Notes: generated by a model not told the origin, from the letters alone. DNA of 64,000 nucleotides from Nitrospirota bacterium (GCA_016215115.1 JACRLN010000015.1:22741-86740), one strand, 5' to 3'. Shown: positions 31,118-41,220, counted from the first letter of the stretch. Program-made: numbers and translations.

Positions 31118-32515
31118 ATGAGCGATTATCAATACGATAATGAGACAGTGAAAGGTTTTATTATTTCCTCCATCTTCTGGGGAGTGGTGGGTATCCTTGT
31201 AGGTCTCTGGATATCCATACAGATGTGGGCGCCCTCGTGGAATATCCCGCCTTATTTTACTTTTGGAAGATTGAGGGTAGTACACACAAACGGTCTTGCG
31301 TTTGGACTTGGGATAGGAGCGATCTTCGGCATTTGCTACTACATTACGATGAGACTTACGAAGAGGCCGCTTTTATTCCCCAAACTCGCAAGGTTTCATC
31401 TGTATCTTTTTAATGCAGCGATAGCCCTTGCTGCATTAAGTTTATTTGCGGGGATGAACCAGTCCCTTGAATATGCGGAGCTGGAATGGCCTCTGGATGT
31501 CGGCGTTGTCATCCTATGGGTTATCTTTGCGGTTAACATCTTCGGTACGATAATAAAGAGGAAAGAGGAGCAGATGTATATATCCCTCTGGTTTATCATC
31601 GCAACGGTTATTACAGTTGCTGTGCTGTATATCGTTAATAATCTGTCTATCCCTGCTGGGCTGTTCAAGTCATACCATCTCTTTGCCGGCGTAAACAGCG
31701 CTAACGTTGAATGGTGGTACGGGCATAATGCGGTCGGTTTTATATTTACAACGCCGATACTCGCAATGTTCTACTACTTCCTGCCGAAGTCAACAGGGAT
31801 CCCGATATACAGCCACAGGCTTTCCATTATTGCATTCTGGTCGCTGGTGTTTGCATATCTGTGGACAGGAGCGCACCATCTGATTTATACACCCCTTCCC
31901 GACTGGATACAGACCCTCGCCATAGTATTTACAATTTTTCTGATTGCGCCTTCATGGGGCTCTGTTGTGAATGGTTTTTATACTGTAGGAACCGATTGGT
32001 CCAAGATGCAAACAAATTACCTTACAAAGTTTTTTATTCTCGGGATAACCTTTTACGGTCTGCAAACAATACAGGGACCTACTCAGGGCTTAAGGGTTGT
32101 AAGCCAGTTAATCCATTACACCGACTGGGTGCCGGGACATGTACATATGGGCACCATGGGCTGGGTAACCATGACAGTGGCAGCCTCCATCTATTACATC
32201 ATTCCCAGGATATATGACACGGAGATATACAGCGAGAAGATCGCTAACACACACTTCTATCTCGTTTTGATAGGACAGCTTATATTTTCTATTACTATGT
32301 GGATTACAGGTATTCAGCAGGGCGCTCTGTGGAAGGCAGTAAATCCTGACGGCAGCCTCAAATATACGTTCATGGAAACTCTTGTGAGGAATTACCCGTT
32401 CTGGAAGATGAGGACTGTAGGCGGCGTGATATTTACTATCGGTATGCTATTTTTTATTTATAACATTTTTATGACCATACGCAAGGGTAAGTCCCTTGCG
32501 GCGGCAAAGGCATAA
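31118..32515 (+). CDS. ccoN: cbb3-type cytochrome c oxidase subunit I
   Basis: GRLRVVHTN, WWYGHNAVGF, GAHHLIY, WVPGHVHMG. Confidence 0.96.
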   Translation: MSDYQYDNETVKGFIISSIFWGVVGILVGLWISIQMWAPSWNIPPYFTFGRLRVVHTNGLAFGLGIGAIFGICYYITMRLTKRPLLFPKLARFHLYLFNAAIALAALSLFAGMNQSLEYAELEWPLDVGVVILWVIFAVNIFGTIIKRKEEQMYISLWFIIATVITVAVLYIVNNLSIPAGLFKSYHLFAGVNSANVEWWYGHNAVGFIFTTPILAMFYYFLPKSTGIPIYSHRLSIIAFWSLVFAYLWTGAHHLIYTPLPDWIQTLAIVFTIFLIAPSWGSVVNGFYTVGTDWSKMQTNYLTKFFILGITFYGLQTIQGPTQGLRVVSQLIHYTDWVPGHVHMGTMGWVTMTVAASIYYIIPRIYDTEIYSEKIANTHFYLVLIGQLIFSITMWITGIQQGALWKAVNPDGSLKYTFMETLVRNYPFWKMRTVGGVIFTIGMLFFIYNIFMTIRKGKSLAAAKA

Positions 32516-32528
32516 GGGAGGTGAGAGA

Positions 32529-33464
32529 ATGACAGGTGAAATATACAGAAAACCGGTAATGTTTGCGATAGTCGCCACTGTCGTTATCCTTATTGGTACG
32601 GCAATAACCATGTTTATTCCCATGCTGACGCCCCAGATGCATCCAAGGCTTGAAAATCTGAAACCTTTTACGGCCCTTCAGCTTGCGGGAAGGGATATAT
32701 ATCAGAGAGAGGGCTGCAATAACTGCCATACCCAGACCGTCAGGCCCCTCAAGACCGAAGTAATGCGATACGGTGAATATTCAAAAGCAGGTGAATTCGC
32801 CTATGACCATCCGTTTTTATGGGGTTCAAAGAGGACGGGGCCCGACCTTGCAAGGGTCGGCGGGAAATATCCCGACGCATGGCACTACAGGCATTTTGAA
32901 AACCCGCAGGCCTTCTTTGCAGAATCCAACATGCCTGTTTACGAATGGCTTAAGGACAACAAACTTGATCCGGCAAAAATTGAAGCGCATATGAAGGCGC
33001 TCGGATTCCCATACATACCTGAAGATATTGAATTGCTGAAAGACAAGACCGAGCTTGATGCGCTCGTTTCATACGTTCAGGTTATAGGCGCCTCGGTTAC
33101 AAAAAAAGCTGTACCGATGGCAACGCCGGCAGTTACGGAGAAAGAGCACATTTCAAATCCGTTTGCCGGTGATCCGAAAGCAATCGCAGCAGGGAAAAAT
33201 ATCTTTGCTAAAAATTGCGCTGTTTGTCACGGGGAAAATGCACAAGGCGACATCGGTCCGAACCTTACGGATAAAGCATTTTTATATGCAGAAGGAGATG
33301 TGCCGGATGACGATTATTTTGAGATTATCAACAACGGAACGACCCCCGGCATGATTGAAGAGGGGCGTACGGCAAAAGGCGGTATGATCCCGTTCAAAGA
33401 CACTTTAAGCAAAGACGAAATATGGTCGGTAGTCGCTTATATAAGGTCAATACAGGGGAAATAG
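32529..33464 (+). CDS. ccoO: cbb3 oxidase subunit II fused to a CcoP-like cytochrome c domain
   Basis: EGCNNCHTQ, WGSKRTGPDL, then CAVCH...IGPNL...GGM. Confidence 0.92.
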   Translation: MTGEIYRKPVMFAIVATVVILIGTAITMFIPMLTPQMHPRLENLKPFTALQLAGRDIYQREGCNNCHTQTVRPLKTEVMRYGEYSKAGEFAYDHPFLWGSKRTGPDLARVGGKYPDAWHYRHFENPQAFFAESNMPVYEWLKDNKLDPAKIEAHMKALGFPYIPEDIELLKDKTELDALVSYVQVIGASVTKKAVPMATPAVTEKEHISNPFAGDPKAIAAGKNIFAKNCAVCHGENAQGDIGPNLTDKAFLYAEGDVPDDDYFEIINNGTTPGMIEEGRTAKGGMIPFKDTLSKDEIWSVVAYIRSIQGK

Positions 33465-33522
33465 AAATGCAGGGGCGTTGCATGCAACGCCCCTACGGAA
33501 AATTGACAATTCAGGAGGAATT

Positions 33523-33729
33523 ATGGGTGAAGAAATTGACAACATAGAAAACTTTGAAGCAAAAGAGACATCTAAAAAAATCCCGATTGGATGGCAGTTG
33601 CTTTTCTGGGGATTGATTTTGTGGGGCATCTATTATTTTGTCTCTTATACCCCTGCGATTAGCGGATGGTCACAGGGAAAAGCGTATGAGGAGTCGATAG
33701 GTAGGGGCGAGGCGGTGCCTCGCCCTTGA
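33523..33729 (+). CDS. Stand-alone CcoP N-terminal membrane-anchor protein
   Basis: KKIPIGWQLLFWGLILWGIYY; GGAGG SD; C-terminus runs into a GTAG REP. Confidence 0.75.
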   Translation: MGEEIDNIENFEAKETSKKIPIGWQLLFWGLILWGIYYFVSYTPAISGWSQGKAYEESIGRGEAVPRP

Positions 33730-33757
33730 GGATTAAATTTAACAGGAGGTAATAAAA

Positions 33758-34378
33758 ATGTCAGAAGCATGTGCATGTTTAGGGTGTAATATCGGTGCAG
33801 CAGTCCCGGATTTTACACTGGAAACATATGAGCCGTCAAAAGGCGACTTTGGAGAAATACGTCTTGAAACATTGAAGAAGAATAAAAAATGGACCATACT
33901 TTTTTTCTATCCCGCAGATTTTACTTTTGTCTGAGCTACTGAATTTGCTGCTCTGGCAGAGCAGTATGACAGATTCAGGAAAATGGGCGCAGAGGTCCTT
34001 ACTGTAAGCAGGGATACGAAATTCGTCCACCTTGCATGGCAGAGGGAGGAGAAACAGCTTGCAAACGTGAAATATCCTATGGGGTCCGATACCACAGGAA
34101 AGCTCGCAAAGATGTTCGGAGTTTACGATGATGCGACCGGTCTTTCATTAAGAGGCACTTTTATTATAAGCCCTGAAGGCAAGCTGCTGAACGCAGAAGT
34201 CAATTACTTTAATATGGGAAGGAATATTGATGAGCTGATGAGGAAATTCAAGGCTAATCTCCATCTTTCAAAACACACTGCTGAAGGGTGTCCTGCAAAA
34301 TGGAAGGATGAAGGTGATAAGACGCTGAAGCCTTCTGCGAAGTTAGTCGGACGGGTGCACGAGGAGATGACTAAATAG
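33758..34378 (+). CDS. prxU: Selenocysteine-containing peroxiredoxin (AhpC/Prx1 type), 206 aa
   Basis: AGGAGG SD, ATG 33758; FFYPADFTFV-TGA(33932)-ATEF at the peroxidatic site; same frame as ORF 33983-34378 with resolving GCPAKW. Confidence 0.9.
33939..33978 (+). promoter_or_regulatory. Candidate bacterial SECIS hairpin
   Basis: CTGAATTTG/CAGATTCAG lower stem and CTGCTCT-GGC-AGAGCAG upper stem just 3' of the TGA. Confidence 0.7.
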
Positions 34379-34520
34379 AGTCTGTGTATAAATTGCAAGT
34401 TTTCAATTTCGTCATGCCCGAAGTCTGTAATCGGGCATCCAGAACTTGTTAAAAAAACTGGATTCCCGCTCAAAGGACTGCGGGAATGACGGTTCAATGT
34501 TTGAATTTATACACAGACAC
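34378..34520. mobile_element. MITE with GAGTCTGTGTATAAA TIRs and REP core
   Basis: TIRs GAGTCTGTGTATAAA / TTTATACACAGACAC, flanked by TAAATA on both sides; relative at 62686-62855. Confidence 0.75.
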
Positions 34521-34551
34521 TAAATAAGGATGAATGAGAAAGGATGACATT

Positions 34552-34644
34552 ATGGATATATCCATTATCGCAACAATCGGGTTTACCTGCGCTGCAGTTG
34601 CAGGAATAGCGGTCCTCTATTTTATCGCAAAGGGGAAAATGTAA
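34552..34644 (+). CDS. 30-aa single-TM peptide in the cco cluster
   Basis: MDISIIATIGFTCAAVAGIAVLYFIAKGKM*, preceded by AAGGA SD. Confidence 0.55.
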   Translation: MDISIIATIGFTCAAVAGIAVLYFIAKGKM

Positions 34645-34729
34645 GCTCTGTCATTCTGGCTTGTCCAGAATCCTTTTCTATAAAGATTCCGAACAAGTCG
34701 GAATGACAACCATTGGAACGGAGTTTGAT

Positions 34730-34873
34730 ATGAAACAGCAGGCGATTGCATATCTCCTTTTTGGCGCTGCCCTGGTTGTGCTCTTTGGTGTAATAATTTT
34801 TTTCTATTACTCAAAAGAACGGCACAAAAAGGTCGAAGAAGCCAAGTATAAAATGCTTGATGACAAAGATTAG
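34730..34873 (+). CDS. ccoQ: cbb3 oxidase small subunit CcoQ-like
   Basis: One TM followed by VEEAKYKMLDD; GGAG SD. Confidence 0.75.
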   Translation: MKQQAIAYLLFGAALVVLFGVIIFFYYSKERHKKVEEAKYKMLDDKD

Positions 34874-36071
34874 GCGGATACAGCCGTGGAGACGGTTTGC
34901 CGAGGCTGTTCAGGCGGTTATCCTCATCGGGCTTCCTTTCCTTAAGATAAAGGGAGAAAGCGCTTTACGGTTTGATATCCCCACGCTGAGGCTCCACTTC
35001 TTCGGGACAAGCATCTGGATGGAAGAATTTTTTATTGTCCTCGGCGCTGTAATGTTTCTGACATTCCTGATTGTATTTATTACATTGATGTTCGGCAGGA
35101 TATGGTGCGGGTGGTTATGTCCCCAGACGGTGCTGATTGATTTTACGCGGTTTGTGGATAAGATGAAGTCAAAAGGGCTTTTATATAAAGCGGGCGCTCT
35201 TTCCTTAACGCTTTTAATCAGCATCCTAATTGCTGCAAATCTTATATGGTATTTTGTTCCCCCGTATGAATTCATTCCGCAGGTAATGGAAGACAGCCCC
35301 GGAAACGTGACAAGGGGTTTCTGGATAGTTTTGTCGGGGATAATATTTCTGAATTTTCTACTGCTCAGGCACAGGTTCTGTGCGACTGTGTGTCCATACG
35401 CAAAACTGCAGGGCGTCATGTTTGATAATAAAACACTGGTAATATCATTTGACCCCCGGAGAAAGGAAGAATGCATGAAATGCATGGCATGTGTCAGGAC
35501 CTGTCCTGTGGGGATTGACATAAGAGAGGGTTTGAGCTCCGCCTGTATAAACTGCGCTGAATGCGTCGACGCCTGCGCAGAAATGATGGAACAAAAACAA
35601 AAGAAGTCCCTGATAGGCTACTTCTTTGGTTTACCCGGCGGAACAGGGAGGCTGTTGCGCCATAATGCCTTAATAACAGGTTCGGCAGCAGGCGCATTTC
35701 TTATCTTCCTGCTGTTCCTCTCATTTTCACGTGTCACCATTGATATGACCATCCTTCCGAACTATGCTTCCCCTCCAAGGATAACAGGGGGGAAAACGGC
35801 TGTTAATTCCTATATCCTTTCTGTAAAGAACACCGGGAAATCGGATACGGAACTCTCGATTAAAGCCGGAAGCACAGATGAGGCGGTAAAAGTACTGCCT
35901 GATAAAATTCTGCTTAAAGCCGGAGAATACAAGAAAGTCACTGTCTATGTCTTTGTCAAAAACTTCGGCAGTAAATCCCTGACAAAGCTGATTGATATAT
36001 CCATCGAGTCAAGAGAAACCAATAAAATCATGGTGACCAGGAAAGCAAGTTTTATTATTCCGGAAGCGTAG
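34857..36071 (+). CDS. ccoG: CcoG/FixG 4Fe-4S membrane protein
   Basis: GRIWCGWLCPQT, FCATVCPY, CMKCMACVRTCP, CINCAECVDAC. Confidence 0.9.
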   Translation: MMTKIRRIQPWRRFAEAVQAVILIGLPFLKIKGESALRFDIPTLRLHFFGTSIWMEEFFIVLGAVMFLTFLIVFITLMFGRIWCGWLCPQTVLIDFTRFVDKMKSKGLLYKAGALSLTLLISILIAANLIWYFVPPYEFIPQVMEDSPGNVTRGFWIVLSGIIFLNFLLLRHRFCATVCPYAKLQGVMFDNKTLVISFDPRRKEECMKCMACVRTCPVGIDIREGLSSACINCAECVDACAEMMEQKQKKSLIGYFFGLPGGTGRLLRHNALITGSAAGAFLIFLLFLSFSRVTIDMTILPNYASPPRITGGKTAVNSYILSVKNTGKSDTELSIKAGSTDEAVKVLPDKILLKAGEYKKVTVYVFVKNFGSKSLTKLIDISIESRETNKIMVTRKASFIIPEA

Positions 36072-36527
36072 ATGAAGATTTTGATTATTACTATAACGGT
36101 AGTGGTCCTTTCCGCTGTAATCGCCACGATTATTATCGGCAAACAAACTTTCGACGGTACTGTCGAGGAAAAACCGTACGAACAAGGACTGTTATGGGAT
36201 AAGATACGGAGCAACAAGTACGAATCAGGCTGGAGCGCGGTTATTAATAACAGGAAATTTAAGAAAGGAGACGATGTGGTCAGCATTTCTGTTTTTGATA
36301 AATACGGGAAGCCGCTTTCTGACGCCTCAGTCTTCTTAGTAGTCAGCCGGCCGTCCACAACAACCTATGATAGAAATTACGAAACCATGAGACGTAGTGA
36401 TAACTCTTACGCGGCAAAGGTCTATTTTCCTTTATTCGGATATTGGGATATAAAAATAACAGTTGCTAAAAAAGGGGAAAGTGTTATATTTGAAGAAAGA
36501 ATATTTGCAGAAGAGGAACAGCGATGA
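36072..36527 (+). CDS. FixH/CcoH-like protein
   Basis: N-terminal TM, VEEKPYEQGL, SRPST, FPLFGYWDI; operon position. Confidence 0.75.
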   Translation: MKILIITITVVVLSAVIATIIIGKQTFDGTVEEKPYEQGLLWDKIRSNKYESGWSAVINNRKFKKGDDVVSISVFDKYGKPLSDASVFLVVSRPSTTTYDRNYETMRRSDNSYAAKVYFPLFGYWDIKITVAKKGESVIFEERIFAEEEQR

Positions 36528-36976
36528 AAAATAAAATCTTTTTAGCGATAATCCTGTCGTTTCCCTTATTTGCGGTAAACGTTTTTGCCATGCAGTACAG
36601 CCATTCTTTTAGCGCAAAAACAGACTGCGCTCTTGAAACCGGAACGTGTGTAAAAACAATCGGGACAGACAATGTTCAGGTAGAGTTTGATATTAATCCG
36701 AAACCCGTAACGACAATGTCCGACCTTGTTTTCACTGTTACCGTCAAAAAGGATGAAAGACCTGTCACGGATGCCAAAGTCGGGCTCGACCTGACAATGC
36801 CGGGCATGTTCATGGGTGTTAACAGGCATGTCCTCAGTCATGTAAAAGACGGCAGATATGAAGGGAAAGGGGTTCTCCCCGTATGCCCTCACGGAGGGGT
36901 GTTATGGAAGGCAGAGGTGACTGTTGAAAGGGATGGCAGGTCTGCGACAGTGAGTTATATTTTTGAGGTGAAGTAA
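36524..36976 (+). CDS. FixH/YtkA-like exported protein
   Basis: Signal peptide, DLTMPGMFMG, GRYEGKG, LPVC. Confidence 0.7.
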   Translation: MKNKIFLAIILSFPLFAVNVFAMQYSHSFSAKTDCALETGTCVKTIGTDNVQVEFDINPKPVTTMSDLVFTVTVKKDERPVTDAKVGLDLTMPGMFMGVNRHVLSHVKDGRYEGKGVLPVCPHGGVLWKAEVTVERDGRSATVSYIFEVK

Positions 36977-37134
36977 TTTTAAGTGCAATTAAAAAATCCC
37001 CCTGCTTCCCGTTGCGATGCTAAGCAGCAACGGGAGCCCAGCCCCTTTTACAAAGGGGGAGATTGGTCATATTCCCCTCTTTGAAAAAGAGGGGTTAGGG
37101 AGATTTTACATGAAAATTTTTGTATTAAACGATT

Positions 37135-37815
37135 ATGGAACTCGGCTATACTCTCGCATTTACAACAGGTCTGCTGGGAGGGTTTGGACATTGCATAGGT
37201 ATGTGCGGCCCGCTTGTTGCTTCTTATACAATACGCAGCTCTCCATCTCTTCCTTATCGCTCATCAATTATAAACAACCTTCTCCCTCATCTCTTTTATA
37301 ATATCGGACGTATCACCACATATATGTTCATAGGCGCTGTCATGGGTCTTGCAGGTTCGTTTGTTAACGTGGCAGGCAGGATCTCAGGTTTTCAGAATAC
37401 AGTAGCAATTATTGCTGGGTTATTAATGATACTCATGGGGCTGAGTATTTCGGGTATTGCCGGAGGGATGGCGTGGCTCGAAAGACATAATAATCTCATC
37501 CTGAAGTTTGCCAAAAATATTTTACAGGGCGAATCCCTCTGGCAGTATTATCCTCTTGGGGCGCTTTTTGGTTTTCTCCCGTGCGGCCTGTCATACACGC
37601 TCTTTATGGCTGCCGCGGGAACAGGCAGCATGCTGTCCGGGATGCTTACAACTTTCTTCTTCGGAATCGGGACACTTCCCGCGTTACTGCTGTTCGGACT
37701 TGTTGCAGGATATTTGAGCCATAAGCTGAGAGGACTGCTGTACAAATTGTCCGGAATAATTATTATTTTGATGGGGATATATTTTTTAGGTATCAATATT
37801 TATGCAAAAGTGTGA
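37135..37815 (+). CDS. DsbD_2/UreH-like membrane protein of cbb3 assembly clusters
   Basis: GHCIGMCGP, YNIGRITTY, GFLPCGL, FGIGTLP. Confidence 0.85.
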   Translation: MELGYTLAFTTGLLGGFGHCIGMCGPLVASYTIRSSPSLPYRSSIINNLLPHLFYNIGRITTYMFIGAVMGLAGSFVNVAGRISGFQNTVAIIAGLLMILMGLSISGIAGGMAWLERHNNLILKFAKNILQGESLWQYYPLGALFGFLPCGLSYTLFMAAAGTGSMLSGMLTTFFFGIGTLPALLLFGLVAGYLSHKLRGLLYKLSGIIIILMGIYFLGINIYAKV

Positions 37816-40225
37816 TCATTGCCTTCTGGAATTTCCGGATAGAGAAGCCGTGTACGATGAAGTCAAAGGGCAGAGGAAGGTCTTCTGCTGTAACGGCTGT
37901 AAGGGCATCTACCGGCTTATTAATGATGAGGGGCTTGGAGAATTCTATAAAAAGAGGGCTTCATGGGTTCCGGGGCCCGCAGAAGATAAACCTGTAGACA
38001 CGGCTGCATTTAATGAACATATAATGCAGACAGGAAATGAACTTGAGACAGACATAATCCTTGACGGCATAAGGTGCGCTTCCTGTGTCTGGCTGAATGA
38101 AAAAATTCTCTACAGGACCATTGGCGTAACTTACGCCAATGTGAATTATGCCACACATAAAGCGAAGATACGATGGAATCCTCAGGAGACCGGGATTGAT
38201 AATATTCTCGCAAGGATAAAATCCATCGGATACACACCCAAGCCCTTTACTTCAAAGGCTTATGAAAAAGAGATGGAAAACCGGAAGAGAGACCTCCTCA
38301 TAAGATTCGGGACTGCCTCGTTTTTCTCAATGCAGCTTATGCTTTATGCCGTTGCACTATACGCAGGCTATTTTCAGGGGATCGATGAAGAGACTAAAAA
38401 CATATTCCATTTAATCTCGCTTGTGCTGACAACACCGGTAGTGTTTTATTCGGGATGGCCTTTCATAAACGGGGCGGTGAGAGGGTTAAGGAATCTTCAT
38501 TTCAATATGGACCTCCTCATTATGACAGGCTCCGGTTCGGCATATCTGTACAGCATCTATGAGATGTTTTCAGGAGGCAAGGTCTATTTTGATACAGCCG
38601 CCATGATAATAACCTTAATCCTTCTCGGCAGATATATAGAAGCCGGGGCCAAAGGGAGGGCCTCACAGGCAATAACAAGGCTTCTATCTCTTAGTCCGAA
38701 AGAGGCACGGCGTATTGTAGGGGCAATTCATGAATTGCCCCTACGGAGTTCGGAGTCAATTCCAATATCTTCCATAAAAGCCGGTGACATGATTGAGGTA
38801 ATCCCAGGGGAGAAGATACCGCTTGACGGAGTTGTTATGGAAGGGTCATCAGAGGTTGATGAATCCATGCTTACGGGTGAATCAAAACCTGTATCCAAGT
38901 CAGCAGGAAGCGATGTCTTCTGCGGGACGCAAAACCTTTACGGCAACTTTATATTTAAAGTCAATAAAACTGCAGGAGACACGGTACTCTCGCAAATCAT
39001 AAAGACTGTTGAGGAGGCCCAGGCCAGGCGCGCCCCTGTGCAGACAACAGCAGACAGGGTTGTCGGGATTTTTGTCCCGGCAATATTATTATTGAGTTTT
39101 GCAACCTGGATGTACTGGATATTTCACGGCAGTTTCACAACAGATGCCGTAATGAACGCCGTCTCCGTGCTTGTGATAGCCTGTCCCTGTGCATTAGGAC
39201 TCGCAACACCGCTTGCCATACTCGTCGGGACTACAAAGGGGGCGTCAAAAGGGATTCTGATAAAAGGCGGAGACGTGATAGAGAAATCAAAAAATATTGG
39301 AATTATTGTCCTGGACAAAACAGGCACCCTTACAGAAGGCAGGCCCGTACTGAGCTCATTCAAAGGGATAGGGATGTCAGACACGGAGGCCTTGCGCCTT
39401 GCCTCCTCGCTTGAACGGCTCTCCGAGCATTCCATAGGAAAGGCGCTTGTCAGCGCATCAAAGGCACTTGAGCTGAATGACGTAACCGATTTTAAGGCAT
39501 ATCCCGGCAGAGGCCTTAAGGGTGTGATAAACGGGAAGCCCGTCCTGATTGGAAACAGGGAGTTTATGGAGTCAAATGGAATTGATGCTGCTTCTGACCG
39601 TAACCTGCTGTCTGAAATAGAATCCTCCGAATTGTCCGGGGCTACAGTAGTTTATTTATCGTATGAGGGGAATCTTGCCGGCACCTTCTCAGTCTCGGAT
39701 ACTGTGCGAAATGAGGCTGCGGATGTTGTTAAGATGTTAAAACATAAAGGGCTTGATGTGGCGATGATAACCGGCGATAATATTAAAACAGCGGCAGCGG
39801 TCGCGAGAGAGGCCGGTATAGATACGGTTAAGGCGCAGATGTCACCTGTTGAAAAGGCAGAAGAGATCAAACGGATGCAGGAGTGCGGAAGGCGGGTGAT
39901 AATGGTGGGAGACGGAATTAACGACGCCCCTGCATTGGTGCAGGCTGATGTCGGGATAGCAATGGGAAGGGCGACTGACATAGCTCTTGAAAGCTCCGAC
40001 ATGGTTTTGATGAGAAACGACCTCAGGCTGCTTCCTTATGCCGTCAACCTTTCAAAAAAGACATTCTCTGTTATCAGACAGAACATCTTCTGGGCATTTT
40101 TTTACAATGCAGTTGCAATACCGCTTGCCGTGGTGGGAATTCTTCACCCTATTGTTGCAGCCGGGGCTATGGCGCTAAGTTCATTAAGCGTTGTCGGAAA
40201 TTCATTGAGGCTGCAAAGAGGCTGA
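37802..40225 (+). CDS. ccoI: Cu-transporting P1B-type ATPase CcoI/FixI
   Basis: CDHC, FCCNGC, CASC, ACPCALG, DKTGTLT, SEH, GDGINDAP. Confidence 0.93.
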   Translation: MQKCDHCLLEFPDREAVYDEVKGQRKVFCCNGCKGIYRLINDEGLGEFYKKRASWVPGPAEDKPVDTAAFNEHIMQTGNELETDIILDGIRCASCVWLNEKILYRTIGVTYANVNYATHKAKIRWNPQETGIDNILARIKSIGYTPKPFTSKAYEKEMENRKRDLLIRFGTASFFSMQLMLYAVALYAGYFQGIDEETKNIFHLISLVLTTPVVFYSGWPFINGAVRGLRNLHFNMDLLIMTGSGSAYLYSIYEMFSGGKVYFDTAAMIITLILLGRYIEAGAKGRASQAITRLLSLSPKEARRIVGAIHELPLRSSESIPISSIKAGDMIEVIPGEKIPLDGVVMEGSSEVDESMLTGESKPVSKSAGSDVFCGTQNLYGNFIFKVNKTAGDTVLSQIIKTVEEAQARRAPVQTTADRVVGIFVPAILLLSFATWMYWIFHGSFTTDAVMNAVSVLVIACPCALGLATPLAILVGTTKGASKGILIKGGDVIEKSKNIGIIVLDKTGTLTEGRPVLSSFKGIGMSDTEALRLASSLERLSEHSIGKALVSASKALELNDVTDFKAYPGRGLKGVINGKPVLIGNREFMESNGIDAASDRNLLSEIESSELSGATVVYLSYEGNLAGTFSVSDTVRNEAADVVKMLKHKGLDVAMITGDNIKTAAAVAREAGIDTVKAQMSPVEKAEEIKRMQECGRRVIMVGDGINDAPALVQADVGIAMGRATDIALESSDMVLMRNDLRLLPYAVNLSKKTFSVIRQNIFWAFFYNAVAIPLAVVGILHPIVAAGAMALSSLSVVGNSLRLQRG
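38717..38744. repeat. 28-bp perfect GTAG palindrome inside ccoI
   Basis: gtaggggcaattcatgaattgcccctac, identical to the intergenic copy at 55103-55130. Confidence 0.9.
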
Positions 40226-40226
40226 T

Positions 40227-40388
40227 ATGTGGAGCATACTTATTCTGATATTTCTTACCTTGTGCGCCGGTATTGCCGCCTGGCTGTTTTTTCTGTGGGC
40301 CGTAAAGAGCGGGCAGTACGACGACGTTGAAAGGCCCAAATACAGGATGCTTGACGAAGAAAAAGATGAAAAAATCAAAAAACAATAA
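40227..40388 (+). CDS. ccoS: cbb3 oxidase maturation protein CcoS
   Basis: Not in ORF track: MWSILILIFLTLCAGIAAWLFFLWAVKSGQYDDVERPKYRMLDE... Confidence 0.88.
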   Translation: MWSILILIFLTLCAGIAAWLFFLWAVKSGQYDDVERPKYRMLDEEKDEKIKKQ

Positions 40389-40458
40389 CTGCTGTTGTGC
40401 TCAAGAAGGTCTTTCAAAAAGCCGCTAACCGTAAAAAATTAAGCCTGAGGATTATGAC

Positions 40459-40764
40459 TTATAAGTTAACAAATTGAAGGTTGGTCATTGACAGTGACAT
40501 CTCTTTCAGGAAAATCATATCGGGTTTGCCAACAACACCTGCCTTTTCCATGCACTGACGCAATGCTTTGGATTTTGTGAACCTGCGTGCGCTTCCGAGA
40601 CTATCCCACTCCAGTAGAATCACCATTTCATTCTGGTTATCCGAGCTTCGAAAAGCCCGGTAACTCTTTTCACCGAATTGCCTTCTCATCTCGAAGGCAT
40701 CATTAAACGTATTTTTCCATCTTTTATAATTCTCAACTTTATACCTGACAAGAATAAATGCCAT
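40459..40764 (-). CDS. Dimeric alpha-beta barrel (ABM/cyclase-like) protein
   Basis: VRYKVENYKRWK...LLEWDS...MEKAGVVGKP; GGAGG SD before ATG 40764. Confidence 0.7.
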   Translation of the reverse strand: MAFILVRYKVENYKRWKNTFNDAFEMRRQFGEKSYRAFRSSDNQNEMVILLEWDSLGSARRFTKSKALRQCMEKAGVVGKPDMIFLKEMSLSMTNLQFVNL

Positions 40765-41054
40765 ATTTAATCCTCCATACCTAACTATTGATAAATATTG
40801 ACTCTTGTGCAACAAGCTCAACTTTTTCGTCATTCCCGCAGTTTTTAAGCGGGAATCCATGGTGTTACAGCCTGATCATGACCACCGTTGTCACCCTGAG
40901 CGTATTGACGCTCATTGTATAACACAAAGCTCATTACTTTTGTCTAATTAAAAATTGTTCTATATATATAAAACAAGTTAATAAAAACGGCTCGTTCTCA
41001 TAATGAGCGGGTAAATTTAAGCTTGTATTTTCAAAAGAGGAAGGGCGGGTTAAG

Positions 41055-41198
41055 AATTCCCCTCTAAAAAGAGGGGTGCAGGGGTGTGTATTAAGAGGGC
41101 ATTAGAAGACATTAAAAGCAGTGTTAAAAAAGATTAAAAATAAATACACCCCTTAATCCCTGCTTAAGGCACCTACTGTTGGCTCTTGATAGAGGGGA
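41055..41198. repeat. CCCCTCT...AGAGGGG palindrome pair
   Basis: ttcccctctaaaaagaggggtgcaggggtgt ... acaccccttaatccc...tcttgatagagggg; relative near 36994-37087. Confidence 0.6.
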
Positions 41199-41220
41199 AA
41201 AAAAGACATTCAGTCAATTT

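Noticed and set aside
33983-34378. 131-aa ORF taken as a complete gene or a pseudogene
   Set aside because: It is the 3' part of the Sec-peroxiredoxin that starts at 33758.
40167-40417. Minus-strand ORFs of 71-72 aa
   Set aside because: Antisense to ccoS (40227-40388, plus strand).
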